Assembly: GCA_043228905.1 (NCBI GenBank)
Contig: JBHGNT010000001.1
Location: forward strand, 19,530,001 to 19,594,000
Source: Azolla caroliniana
Taxonomy: Eukaryota; Plantae; Polypodiophyta
Length of the DNA stretch: 64,000 nt
Reading direction: 5' to 3'
In this document: positions 11,103 to 23,025 of the stretch, in pieces
Layout: each line of letters opens with the position of its first letter
Numbering within the stretch: position 1 is the first letter of the stretch
Made by a program: the position numbers and the translations under genes
Notes under the pieces: generated by a model
The model's input: the letters and a program-made list of their open reading frames with translations, nothing else
Told to the model about the DNA's origin: nothing
Database searches by the model: none

Positions 11103-14100
11103 GAGAACCCAGTGAGAACCTCTGCAGTCGAATTCAGCTTGAAACAGCAACAACAAAAAACTTAATCTTGGTGAAGAACAGAAAGAAAAAAAATGGATAG
11201 AGGTATGGCCAGTTCACTTCCAACTGAGTAGCTCGACAGAAGTAACTATGCATCTTGGTCGTACAAGATGCACTAGTACTTGCTCGGACATGGATACTGG
11301 AGCTATGTCGATGGAGCGAATGATGCAACACCCAAATAAACACATAGAGACTTCCCGACCTGGGAACAGTCGGCGAGTAGAGTTCTCTACTGCTTTGCGT
11401 CTTGTGTGAACGAACAGCTCCTGAGCTAAATTCGGGATGCAAGAATGCCGAAGGATGCTTGGGGAAATCTGAAAAAGATTTTCGCCACAAGCACCACAAC
11501 GAGGAAACTCCAACTCCGACAGGAGTTGAGCAATGTGTGTCAACGCGACATGACGGTGGCTGACTACACCTCCAAGATAAAGGATATATGCGACTCCCTC
11601 GCCTCCATCGGTGTGAACATTGAGGTGGGCGAAATGGTGCAGATCTGCCTTGGAGGATTGGTGTCAAAGTTTAGAGCATTCTTAACTGCTATTTGTACAA
11701 GGGAGAATACACCGTCGTTTTTCGAGTTGCAGTCGATGCTCCTTGTAGAGGAGAAACACGTTGGTGCGTCAACGAGTATGCACGTCGACAAAAAGATGTT
11801 GTACACGAAGGGAGATAGGCCACGTGGTCGTGGTGAACGAGGTGAGTCGGCCAACGGGAGCAAGGAAGAAGGCATTGGGGTGATGCCGACAACAACTCCA
11901 GACCCTCCAGAAGTAGGGGGAGTCAAGGAGGTGACGAGAACCGGCAAGGGAAACATGCCGTGAAATGTTGGTATTATGGCAAGAAAGGCCACAAGGAGAG
12001 CGAGTGTTGAAAGAAGCGCACCGATTCGGAGAAAACCGGATTTGGATCCGGACCGACTGAACAAGGAAATCAGCAACGGATGCACTACGTCGAAGGATTC
12101 GAAAAAGTCGGAAAGGGGGCAACCTTCATGACAAGACATGAAGCGAACTCGATGAAGAAGACCACCCCGAAATCGGATGAAGTGTGGCACGTTGACTCTA
12201 GAGCGTCAAACCATATGACGAACCATAAAGAGTGGTTCTCATATCTGGAAAAACTGGAACAACTGGGAGTAGTCGCAACGGGAGACGACACTCTACATCC
12301 GATTGTACATGTTAGGGAAGTTCCCCTCAGCCACATTGGGAAAAAAGGGAAGCTAATGAACATGTTACACGTCCCGACAATTACGAAGAATCTGGTGTCG
12401 GTTGGACAAGTCATCGACCAGGGGATGCAAGTCCGGTTCACGCATCTCGGGTACTTCATCGAGGAAGAAGGCCAAGTTATTGCGCAAGGGTGCAGAGATG
12501 GGAGGATGTTCATCGTCGACACCAATGACATAGGCACCGCCATGTTCGCGAAAGGACAAAAAATCGAGTCGTATATCGACTTGTGGCATAAGCGGATAGG
12601 CCACGTCAACTACCAAAGGCTTTAGGACCTACAATCGAAACAAGTTGTGTTCGGATTGCCGAAATTCAGTGGTCGAAAGGCCCAAACTTGTGAAGCTTGC
12701 CAACTAGGGAAGCAACACTGACTTCCTTTCCCACCGAGTGTAATCGAAGCCGAAATAAGCTCGACTTGATACATTTAGATGTATGGGGACCATCACAGAA
12801 CGTGAGTCTTGGCGGGAGTTGATATTTCGTCTCCTTCATCGACGACTACACTCGACACACATGGATCTATCTCATCGAAAAGAAGAGTGAAGTCTTTGAA
12901 TGTTTTCGGAACCTCAAAAATCTTGTCCAAAGGGAGACAGGGAGGAAGATCAAGCGCCTGCGGTCAGATGGTAGAAAAGAGTACTTTTCCAGCCAATTCA
13001 ACAGTTATCTGCAACAAATGGGAATTCGGCATGAATTCAGTTGCAGGTATACGCCGGAGCAAAACGGCGTAGCCGAAAGGAAGAATCGGTTGGTTGTGGA
13101 AGCGGCGCGGTCAATGCTGGAAGAAAAGAGAATGCCCAAGTTCTATTGGGCCGAAGTGGTTTGAACCGCGGTCTACATCTAGAATCGGATGGGAGAAAAA
13201 GTGTCGGCACATGAGCTGTATTTCGGAAGGAAGCCGAATCCACGACACTTGAGGGTTTTCGGTAGCATCACGTATGTGCATGTGCCGAAGGAGAAGTGGA
13301 GGAAGTTGGACGCAAAAGCCGAGACGTGTATCTTGGTCGGTTACTCAGACAAACAGAAGCGTTATAAGTGTTATAACCCCCGAACAAAACAAGCTCGCAT
13401 AAGTCGCGATGTTGTGCTCGATGAGTCCGCGTCTTGGTATTTGCCTCCGACTCCGAACCTCAACTCCAATCCGAGTTCTGAAGATGAGGTCAACGAGGAT
13501 GAGATGCCCCCTAATGAGCGTGAACTCGAAACTCTTGAAGAGAGTCTGATCTCATTTCGGCTAAGTGGACCGAATGAGCGAATGAGTCGGGTTGACCAGT
13601 CAGATGAAGAGCCAGCGAGTAGTGGAGACTCGCCTGTGCATTCCCCGCACAGGAAGCATAAGAGACGGCTTACACACAAAGAAAAGGGAAAGAAGAAGAT
13701 GCCGGAGTACGGCACGGATAGGGACGAGTCGGATCGACATGAATCCGACTCCGAGAAGAGGGATGACGGGCCTTCAAGAGCGAAGCCCTTGTCGGCCAGA
13801 ATGGCCTCAACATCGGCTAATGAGCAATTATGCCGATCTACCCGCTAGAAGAACCTTGTTGTGCGGTTCGGATACAACGAGTACATGGCGCATCACTATG
13901 CGTACATGACACATGTAGCAGAAGTGTGTGAGACGAAGAGCTACGCAGAAGCGACAAAGGACCCAAATTGGCGTGCTGCCATGGAGGAAGAGATGACCGC
14001 ACTTGCAAAGAATGAAACATGGGACCTGGTTGATGCTCCCAAGGGTGTAAAGCCGATTGGATGTAGGTGGGTGTACAAGGTCAAGTACAACACCGATGAC

Positions 14101-16012
14101 TCGGTCAACCGATACAAGGCCCGATTAGTGGCAAAAGGCTACGCGCAGCAACACGACATTGATTACGATGAGACATTTGCGTCGTCCATGTTTTGCTTGT
14201 GGTAGCTGTGGCGAAGGGGTGGCACTTACATTAGATGGATGTAAAGAATGTGTTCCTACAAGGCGAGCTTGAGCAACAAGTGTACATGGTACAACCCCCC
14301 AGATTTCACTTTGGAACGAACACTTCGGCGGTATGCTTTACGGACTAAAGCAAGCCCCACGTGCCTGGAACGAGAAGATCACGCAATGATTGCATCAGAT
14401 GGGATTTGCGACTTCTAAATCAGACTCTTCATTGTTCGTCCGGCAAGGTCGACTTGGGCTGGTTAGTATTTTACTTTATGTTGATGACTTGGTCATCGCC
14501 GGCATCAACCTAGGTGAAATTGACCGCGTAAAGCTCCAGCTTGTGGCATCATTTGATATGAAGGACCTAGGGGACCTTCATTACTTTCTCAGTATCGAAG
14601 TGATCCGAACCCCCAAATGCATACTGATCAGGCAACGACATTACGTGCTGAGTATGCTCTTCAAGTTCGGGATGCCAGACTGTAAGTCCGTCTCAACTCC
14701 TCTGGACAAAACTGTGAAGCTTCGCTCCAACTCCGGAAAGGTCTGCGACCTGAAAAGGTTTTGATAGATTGTCGGAAGGCTCATATATTTGACTATCACC
14801 CAACCGGACCTCAGTTACCCGGTTGGCTTGATTAGTCAGTTCATGGCGTGGCCAACCGAGGAGCACCTTTAGTGCGCACAATGCGTACTCAGGTACATCA
14901 GTGGGACTAAGGACTGAGGGCTACTATATTGGACTGGTACTACCGCGCAACTAGTCGGCTATACAGATGTTGACTGGGCCGGAAACGCTGGTGATCGCCG
15001 ATCCACATCTGGATTCGTGTTCTCCCTTGGGAGCGCCGCGATCGCGTGGAGTAGCAAGAAGCAGCCGACGGTTGCACTATCGAGCACAGAGGCCGAGTAT
15101 CGAGGAGTAGCTGTCGCAACGTGCGAAACCATATGGCTGAAGCGACTACTTAAGGATCTGTAGGTGGAGGTGTCCGATCCGACGACGATCTACTGCAACA
15201 ACCTCAGCAACATCCAACTTGCAAAGAACCCTGTCTTCCATGCCCGGACTAAGCACATTGAGGTGCACTACCACTTTGTCCGCGAGCGTGTCCTCTCTGG
15301 TGAAGTTGAACTTCAGTATGTTTCGACGTATTGGCAGAGCGCCGACATCTTCACCAAGCCCCTTGGTCTGGACAAGTTGCGACAATTCTCGAGTGCGCTT
15401 GGGTTGCAACACCTCGACATGCCAAACTTGAGGGGGAGAAAAGTTCCGCAAGTCCATGGAAAGGAGCGGAAGTGACCGCGACACCAAATTGGATGACGAA
15501 TTCGATTTAGTATCGCCTGAAGAAGCCGAAGGTGGATCCGCGGAAGAGTTCAGAAGTGGACGAGAGGGCAGCAGCCGAAAGAAAGAGCCGGAGCCAGCCA
15601 AGCATGGGGGAGATGAAGCCAACAAGGGAGAGAAGGCCAAGATCGAGGACGAATTGGAGACAACCATTTCAGACAAAAGCAGAGACAAGAGGCCATATCG
15701 GTGCGGAAACTAGGAGGCCGTGGAACAGATATTCCGCGAGGGAATATATTTGGGAGTTAGTGTAGGAGCTCAGTTATGAGCATTGAAGTATGTGTCAGTA
15801 CTTTTGTCAGTCCGTATGGACTTGTATAAAAGTGCTCTCTGAGCACATCCTATGTACAGAGTTTACACATTATTTGAATTTTGTTTTTTCCTATGTGTTT
15901 TCCCTCTCTGTCTCTCCTGCGTATATTGTGTCTTAAGCTCTCCATTAAACTTGTTTTTTTCTTCGTCGGTATTCTGTGTTTCGTATAGCGCTTCCGCACG
16001 TAACATTTCACA
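11103..16012 (+). mobile_element. Ty1/Copia D (B/E family); 5' LTR and PBS deleted, partial 3' LTR
   Basis: Gag ATG at 11193 (MDRGMASS, as in B), PR 12080-12625, INT ~12760-13450, RT 13861-14900, RH to ~15440. LTR remnant ~15705-16012 ends gcttccgcacgtaacatttcaca, similar to the E LTR end. Confidence 0.9.
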
Positions 16013-17590
16013 CCACCTTCATCATAAAGGCATAATGGTATGCCATATAGTCGTTGTAGCCGAATCGGCTAACCAGATTCTTCTCTCGGATGGAGTGATG
16101 GAGTTTCTCATTTGCCGATGTGAGTGCTTTCTTAACTCCGGGTGACCTCATAAGAGGCACATCAAAGCCATCGAACTCACTATCAAGTGAGGGAGTCAAT
16201 TCCTTGCCGTCAAAGTGATGTCTACACATTCCCACATTTTGGCCTTCCCTTTGTCCATCTTTGGACTTGGTCGAGATATGCTTTGGTTGCTTGGGGGCTC
16301 TTGTGGCTCACTGAGCCTTGTCGTGATCGGACTTTCTTCGAACATATGTCGTAGTTGATCTTTATCTTCTATCTCTTGGTTGGCCAAGTTCAGGTCGACT
16401 GGAAGTGGTTCAAGAGGAGTCGGCTCCGGTTCGTACCATGATGCCGATTCGTTGATGACGACGTCTCGACTTGCACGAACCTTCCGAGTAGAGGGGTTGA
16501 AGCACTTGTACCCATTTTGCTCCAATGAGTATCCTACGATGATACATTTCTCTAACTTGGGATCTAGCTTTTGCCGCTTCTTGTCAACGATGTGTACGTA
16601 TGCAAGTGAACCAAATATCCTAACATAGGATAGATCCGGCTTCTTTCCATAATATTTCTCGTGAGGAGTGACCTCGTGTACTCCGGATGTTGTGCACCGG
16701 TTCATGAGGTAGATGGAGGTATTTGAAGCTTCTGCCCAATAGGAGTTGGTGGCGTAATTTGTGAGTTGTCGGCTTGTGGAAGCCAATTCGTGCTTCTTCT
16801 TTCGGCACTCGTCTTTATGGTGGCCGATTTTTCCGCAATATCCGCATTCAATCGAGGTTTGTTGGCTCGGATCTGAGTGGAAACTCCCCCTTCTTCTGAA
16901 GGTTCCTCGATGCCTTCCGTCTTGTTGCCGAAATTGGGGTTGTTGTCATAAGTCGGACCTCGTTCGCCTCGTCCTTGGCCGAATTGGCCTCTTGCTCGGT
17001 CGCGTCCTCTTCCTCCATTATTCGAACATGGTTTTCTTCAACCAACAATATGGATTGAAGATCAAAGAAAGAGGGAGGATTCTCCCTTTTTAGGGCGACG
17101 GTTCTCATTGCGCCGAACTGTGGTGCAAGGCCGCTGAGGCATATTTGCACCATCTCATCATTATCCACATTGACGCTTATTGAGATGAGCGAGTGACAAA
17201 GCTCCTTGATCTTCAAGGTGTAGCTTGTGATGGACATGTCCCGTTGTTGGATGTTGTTCAACTCTTGGCGGAGTTGAAGCTTCCGTGCCGTCGTATTGGC
17301 GGCAAATATCTTCCTTAGATTCTCCCATGCTTTCTTTGGTGTCGTGGCTTCTCGAATGTAGCCGAGCATGTGGTCAAGAACACATGTCGCCGAGCAATAC
17401 ATTACTCGACTCGCCGCTTGCTCCCATGTTGAGTAGTCGGTGTCCTTTGGGTCGGGTCGATTTTCCTGTGCTCCTTTGATGATAGCTCTAATAACCTTGA
17501 CTGACAAGGTATTGGTGCATCTTGTACTCCCAAGATGTGAAGTTGTTTCAGTCAAACTTCTCACTTGGGAGAGCGCTCCCCATTTGAGTA
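16013..17590 (-). pseudogene. Copia A gag and partial integrase (PR region deleted)
   Basis: Gag ARKLQLRQELNNI with a zinc knuckle fused directly to INT YWAEA near 16742. Same family as element J. Confidence 0.9.
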
Positions 17591-17750
17591 TTCATGGTGT
17601 TCGATGTAGATTTCTTCCTTCTTCTTCTCTCTTGAATACGAGCTATGTAGCGGCACTATGATAGCGATGAGCTGGATTTCTTTGAATCGTCGGCATAGAC
17701 ACAACACACGGTCACGATGAGGCGAGTGGGTTAGATCAAGCTACCAAATC

Positions 17751-17762
17751 GCTCTGATACCA
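17751..17762 (-). promoter_or_regulatory. PBS (tRNA-iMet) of Copia A
   Basis: TGGTATCAGAGC next to the LTR. Confidence 0.93.
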
Positions 17763-18180
17763 TGTAAAGAATCAATGGTGATTCTTGTGCAACGGAATAG
17801 GTTAGAGATGTGTGTTATGTGTGTGTGTGTGTGTGTGTGTGTGGGAGAGAGTGAGAGAGAGAGGTGAGAAGAGAAACACAAGATAGATAGAATAGATAAT
17901 AGAAAATACTCAAGAATATTGTATATTACAAAGGAGATTAACCGACATGTTACAAAGTAGGAGGAGAGTGCTTTATATAGTCACTCTCTCTCTTCATTAA
18001 CTACCAAAGCTCATGAGTCATGGGGAATGTGGAAACTCATTAGTTGTGTGTCATAGAATATGATTCTATGACACATAGTTAATGTGTAGAGAGTAGTGGT
18101 GTGACTTTTGACCTTTGAGTGTTCATACACTCTCAAGGGTGTGTTCACACATTAGACTAGGTTGAGCTTGATTCTCAACA
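17763..18180 (-). repeat. 5' LTR of Copia A (contains a (GT)n/(GA)n microsatellite)
   Basis: TG...CA termini. Its end matches window bases 1-51. Confidence 0.92.
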
Positions 18181-19299
18181 AAAATCGTTCGCGTATGATT
18201 TCTTTAAGATCTAAAACATTACAACTTGTAATTTCTCCTTAAAAATACACAAAGTTACTTTTCGTATTTGGCCAAATTTTGGTATTTTTTGAATTTACCA
18301 AATGGTGAAAATTTCAGCTTTTTCATCAAGTTTTCGAGAACATGTGATATTGGTATCAAGGTGTTTTGTGAAATAGCCAAAAAAGCCCCAAAATCAAACG
18401 GAATATTCCTTATCTTTCCATTTGTGCGCAATCCTTCCACTTGTGAACGTGAATCATGAATTGAGGAACCGTCTCCTGGGGCTCCCTAAAGTTGGCGTAG
18501 AATTGACTTAGTAGTTCTCACTTAGGGATCTGCCTATGAAAGAGGCGAATAAATTTGTCCCGGAGTGCTTGGAATGATGAAAACTTCCCCAAGTCGTGTT
18601 GGGAGTACCAATTCGCTGCTTTCCCATCGAGAGACAAGATGAACTTCGTGATCTTTGATGTCTCTGCATCAGCCGCAGCCAAACACTGGGACACATGGTT
18701 AGCCTACCATGTGGTAAGGAAAGCGCGAACATGCACTTCTGCGTTGGTTCCCTCGTTGTATCTGGGGTAGGGTAAGGGCATTGTGGCAATGTTGGAATCC
18801 TCTCGTACCGCCGGAAAGGGGTTCTCGTCGAGTTGTCAACCTCTGTGGTATTGCCACTAGTCGAGATTGGGTCACGAGCCGCAATTGATTGGGCACTCGA
18901 GTTCGGGGACGGTTGCATCGTGAGAGCAGAGTTGGTAACGATTTCTTCCTATTCAACACGTCGTCCAAGTGCGTATTCCCTTGGGACTTGCCGTTACGGC
19001 GACCAGATCTTTCTCCTATGCGTGTTCGTTGTGGACTCACAATGTGAACCAGGCATGCCAAATTGTGTTACTCCCTCCTAGAGAAAACGCCTTCGATAAC
19101 CTCTCCTTAGTAATCGGGTCAAGGTATTGTGGTGCGACAAAGAGTTGAGGTCACGACGCCCTGCCGAGACCGTTAGCCGAGGCATTACAATGTATATGAC
19201 TTCCCATTGCTTGGGATTGTTATTCGGATTGTCCTACTTGGGTGGGACAACTACCGATCCTCAGTAACGTTGGCTACATAAACCGAACTTGTATATGTA

Positions 19300-19836
19300 T
19301 ATATATATAGATGAATCCAAACGAGACAAAACACCAAAGTTACCCTTGTATTTATATTGGATATTAGTGCTTCCTTGTTTGGTTGATTTGAAACGGGTCT
19401 TCCACCTTTTCAACTTTGGCTTCCTTGTTCGGTTGCTAGTGCTCGGCTCCTTTTGCTTCGTTTCACACTTGTCACACTTGTCCCATTGGGTAACATGAAG
19501 CATGAGCCTCCACATTTTTCCCATGTCATGATACATGGTGTTGCAAAAAGGCCTCATTTATAGAGGAATCTAGGGATGCATCATGAAGCAAATGTGTTGC
19601 CCATGTACCGAATCACTTTTTCATATATTGTATCCAATTGGAACACAAAATTTTGCTTTTATGCGTCTTTTGGATCTTTTTGCTTGCTTCCCATGTGATT
19701 CTAGGAAGTCAATGTGAGGGACGTTTTTGAACCTTAAGCATGTATTGAACAACCCTTTCCATGGCCAAGATCTCAATGGGAAGTGATCCTGTCTCAAGGA
19801 GGAGGAGGATGTATTGCGTTTGTTTCTTAACTTGTA
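19300..19836 (-). mobile_element. LINE 3' fragment (ORF2 C-terminal region)
   Basis: Minus frame QVKKQTQYILLLLETGSLPIEILAMERVVQYML continues HFFTRFLQ from 43891 once E is removed. The 3' boundary is approximate. Confidence 0.75.
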
Positions 19837-20241
19837 TGTCAAAGTTAATATGCAGAAGCTTTGAAGAACCATTTCACCTGGATAGCAACAGAAAAAGTGT
19901 TGGTTTAATGGAAGCTTCACAAAGCATAGACAGAGAGCGGGAGAGACAGAGAGAGTAGAACAATGAACTTAATTCAAAATGAAAACACTTTGTACATACA
20001 ATGTGCTCAGTGAGCACTTTAATACAAATCCTTAAAAGGACCGACAAAAGTACTAACATGTACTTCAATGCTCATATGAGTGACTTACATTGCCTCCTAG
20101 AATATGTCTGCGTACTAGGCTAGCATCATAGACCTCTAATGGCCTACCGGTTACAATCCGATCTGGCTCTCCAATTTGGATACTGATCCAGCTTTGGCTT
20201 ATTCAGCAGATCCGGATCCGGTTGAGCTTGTCCGCTCAACA
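19837..20241 (-). repeat. 3' LTR of Copia E
   Basis: Diverged direct repeat of 43485-43890. Confidence 0.95.
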
Positions 20242-20551
20242 CTCCCCTTCAAACTCAACTTGAGGTCGTATTGAGGTGTTAGTGTTTGTCGATTCTTCCC
20301 TTTGGCTCCTCCTGGCATCTTCCCGCCTTGCTTGCGCTCTTCATCCCATCAGTTCCACTTTCTACGACCCATCTGGTTCCGCGCCTCTTGACCTTCTCGG
20401 TTGGCTTGTCTACTCAACAAGCCCATCTCAGCTCCTTTGTTGTTGCAACTTCGGCGCTTCTCGACTCGTTGATTCCACTTCCTTCTAGTTCGTTTGGCCT
20501 TGAGTTGATTCGGGTCTTCCAAATCAGACTCCACCTCGGATTCATTCCAGC

Positions 20552-20940
20552 TCTTGTCCGAATTGGCTATCTCTAATTCGTCTTTGGTCTTCAGGCCCTT
20601 CACAACATCGAACCATGTCCAGGTCTTGGCCTTCTTCTTCCGGTCTTCTATCATTCTTGACTTTGCCATCGTCAGCGCTTATTCCAACTTGTTCGGATGT
20701 GCCAACTGCTTCAGTCAATTCAACTTCCTTTTTCCCTTTGTCTCCCCATGTTTGGGTTGTTTCCTTTTCTCCAACTCCTTGTCCGGTGCCATTACATGTT
20801 CCGGTTCTCCCCCTCAAGTGTAGGACATCGAGATGTTGTAGACTGAGCATCTCCGAAAAGTGTTGCAACTTGTCCGATCCGAGCGGCTTGGTGAAGATGT
20901 CAGCAACCTGCCGATCCGTGCAGACATACCGGAGTTCGAC
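20552..20940. repeat. 389-bp direct duplication of Copia E sequence flanking Gypsy F (copy 1)
   Basis: Matches 39118-39506 with 3 substitutions by my count. Confidence 0.97.
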
Positions 20941-21355
20941 TGTTGCCCGGTCAGAAGAGCAAGGACAAGTGGGAAGGCGGAATCGGATCGGATAATAGGA
21001 AGTAAATAATAGTAGAATTATTATTCGGAGGGACGGATCCGGTACAATTGTACCGATCCGGATCCGGTACAATTGTACCGATCCGGATCCGGACCGATTC
21101 GGATGTCGATTGCCTAAGCGCACCGATTGTAACCTTGCCGGATGCCTATAAAAGGATCTGATGATTTGTAAAGTGTTTTGACGGAAGCAATACAATAGTG
21201 ATTATTGCGTATTTATCTATATCTCGTATTGTTTGCCGTCCGTGCTTAATTGTAATAATCTTATGCGTGTAACCTAGCATCCAATCCTTACCACCCCTTT
21301 GGAGAAGTGTCGGATAGACACCTGTGTTGAGGCTAGTCCGGCCAGACAGACAACA
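20941..21355 (+). repeat. 5' LTR of Gypsy F
   Basis: Repeat of 38742-39117 plus a 25-bp tandem duplication and the terminal CCAGACAGACAACA. Confidence 0.93.
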
Positions 21356-21361
21356 CTATTT

Positions 21362-21371
21362 TGGCGACCAC
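21362..21371 (+). promoter_or_regulatory. PBS of F, probably tRNA-Arg
   Basis: TGGCGACCAC is complementary to the ...GTGGTCG-CCA end of plant tRNA-Arg (tRNA sequence recalled). Confidence 0.7.
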
Positions 21372-21389
21372 GATTCCTGCAAAGTGCAG

Positions 21390-21884
21390 ATGACAACCGG
21401 GGGATGGATGTCTAGACCAAACGACGACCACATCACCGAACGAGGGAGACGATACACCGAACGCGAGCAACGACGGGAAGCCCTGCAGCAAGCCGTCGAC
21501 GAGATCCGGCGGGATCGGTCATTCTCCAAAACTCTTCGGAGAGTCGCAGAAGAAGCACTGCAGTTCCGGGTTCTGCAAATCCCCGACGAAGGCAGTAGCA
21601 TAACAAGCCTGCAAGAGGCGGAAACGATACTGCAGACGCTCGCCGCGGGCGACGGGGACTCGGAAGCATTCGCAACACTTGAGGCGGAGTCGGAAAGCGA
21701 CGGAAGCGTTGCATCCCGGTATAAAAGCAGCCACGACACACCAAACGACCGGGAGGACGAGGGGTCGGAAGACTCAGTAACACCGGTGCCAGAGGAAGAA
21801 ATAACCCTGGAATTCGGTGACCGGCAACCGCCGAGGAAGGCTGACCGGATACCGACAACAACCGCGAGGGAACCGAAGGAGCGG
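21390..21884 (+). pseudogene. N-terminal part of F gag, interrupted by G
   Basis: ORF MTTGGWMSRPND... is open up to the G insertion, and its short repeat unit continues at 29821. Confidence 0.8.
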
Positions 21885-22985
21885 TGTCGTGGCGTGGCTC
21901 GCCTAGAAGCGTAGCGTTGCGTAGACAAAGGATAACGTGAAAGTGAGGAAGGAATCACTGGGATTATGGACGGAAGAGACGAAAGAGTAGAGATAGATAA
22001 ATAGTGATCAACAAGATATGACAAGATAGGATATAGAATGATATTTGAAGCAATAAAAGAGATTTATAATTATTTGATAAAAGAGTTACAAAATGATTGT
22101 ACACGTCGTTGAACCTCCGAACTTTGTCTTGCAAGGTAATCGCTCTTCTCTTTCTTGATCGTAGACCACTACAATCTTCACTTCAATATTTTGATGAAGA
22201 TAAGGCTCGAACCACCTCCCTCTTGTTGAGAGTTGACCACCACGACCGCCAAGCTAGAGCTCCACCTTTATGTTGAACTTCTTCCTTTCTCTCTCTATTT
22301 CATGGTATCTCTTATGTAATAAATATTTGATTGATATCTCATACATATCTCCCTTTGATCTTCTCTTTCACCATTTAAATAGGTGCCCCCATGCATATGA
22401 TGCATTGGAGGGTACAAGTCATGCATGTAGTGCATGAAATGCATGTGATGCATGATCGCCATTTGGCGTTCATGCATTACATGTGATGCATGATAAACAT
22501 CTCGCTCATTTGAGCTTTTATGTATGAAACAATATATGCAATAACAATAAACATGAAAATATAATCTTAAAGAGAAAGGGCCTAGCCTAATGGTAGGTGT
22601 GTCGACTTTGGTATATGAGGTTGTGGGTTCAAATCTCAAAATACTATTGAATACAACATACAACTTTATTCTTATATCATGAAGCAAATCCTTTATGTAA
22701 TATAAAGTATATATAAAGTATGCTTTATTTTATGTATATTACTAGTATAGAGTAAATGGTAAGATTTGAGAGTCATAGGGTGGGGTTATTGGTTCAAGTC
22801 CTCTCTTATTCGTGTAATATAATATATTTATCTATATATATATATTATTTTTCTTTGCATATATATAATATTATCATATGTGTTGTTAATATTATCTTTA
22901 TATATAAAACATTATCAAATGTTATTTTAGTTACGTATTTATCTTATTGTAGACTTTTAATGTGAAGCTTTCGTACTTCACGACA
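21885..22985 (-). repeat. 3' LTR of Gypsy G
   Basis: Near-identical to 28720-29820. Confidence 0.98.
22578..22805 (+). promoter_or_regulatory. Two tRNA-like Pol III A-box/B-box cassettes in the G LTR (repeated at ~29413-29640)
   Basis: TAGCCTAATGG at 22583 with GGTTCAAATC at 22626, and TAGAGTAAATGG at 22748 with GGTTCAAGTCC at 22791. Both pairs are spaced 43 nt start to start. Confidence 0.6.
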
Positions 22986-23025
22986 TCCACCCCCTCTAGA
23001 CCTGCACATCCTCCGGCATGTGCCA

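Larger units (their letters stand above)
1..18180 (-). mobile_element. Ty1/Copia LTR retrotransposon A (degenerate; host of B, C, D; 3' LTR runs off the window start)
   Basis: Bases 1-51 match the end of LTR 17763-18180. PBS at 17751-17762. Gag 16848-17564, integrase 16196-16786, RT pieces 6927-7127 and 831-1073 (YVDDL), RNase H 310-498 ([16 protein letters not shown]). Confidence 0.9.

Noticed and set aside
22578-22645. Functional tRNA gene in the G LTR
   Set aside because: There is no acceptor stem or canonical anticodon arm, so it is reported only as a tRNA-like promoter cassette.
22295-22687. 130-aa His/Met-rich ORF duplicated at 29130-29522
   Set aside because: It lies in the LTR, starts at TTG, and its composition derives from CATG repeats.
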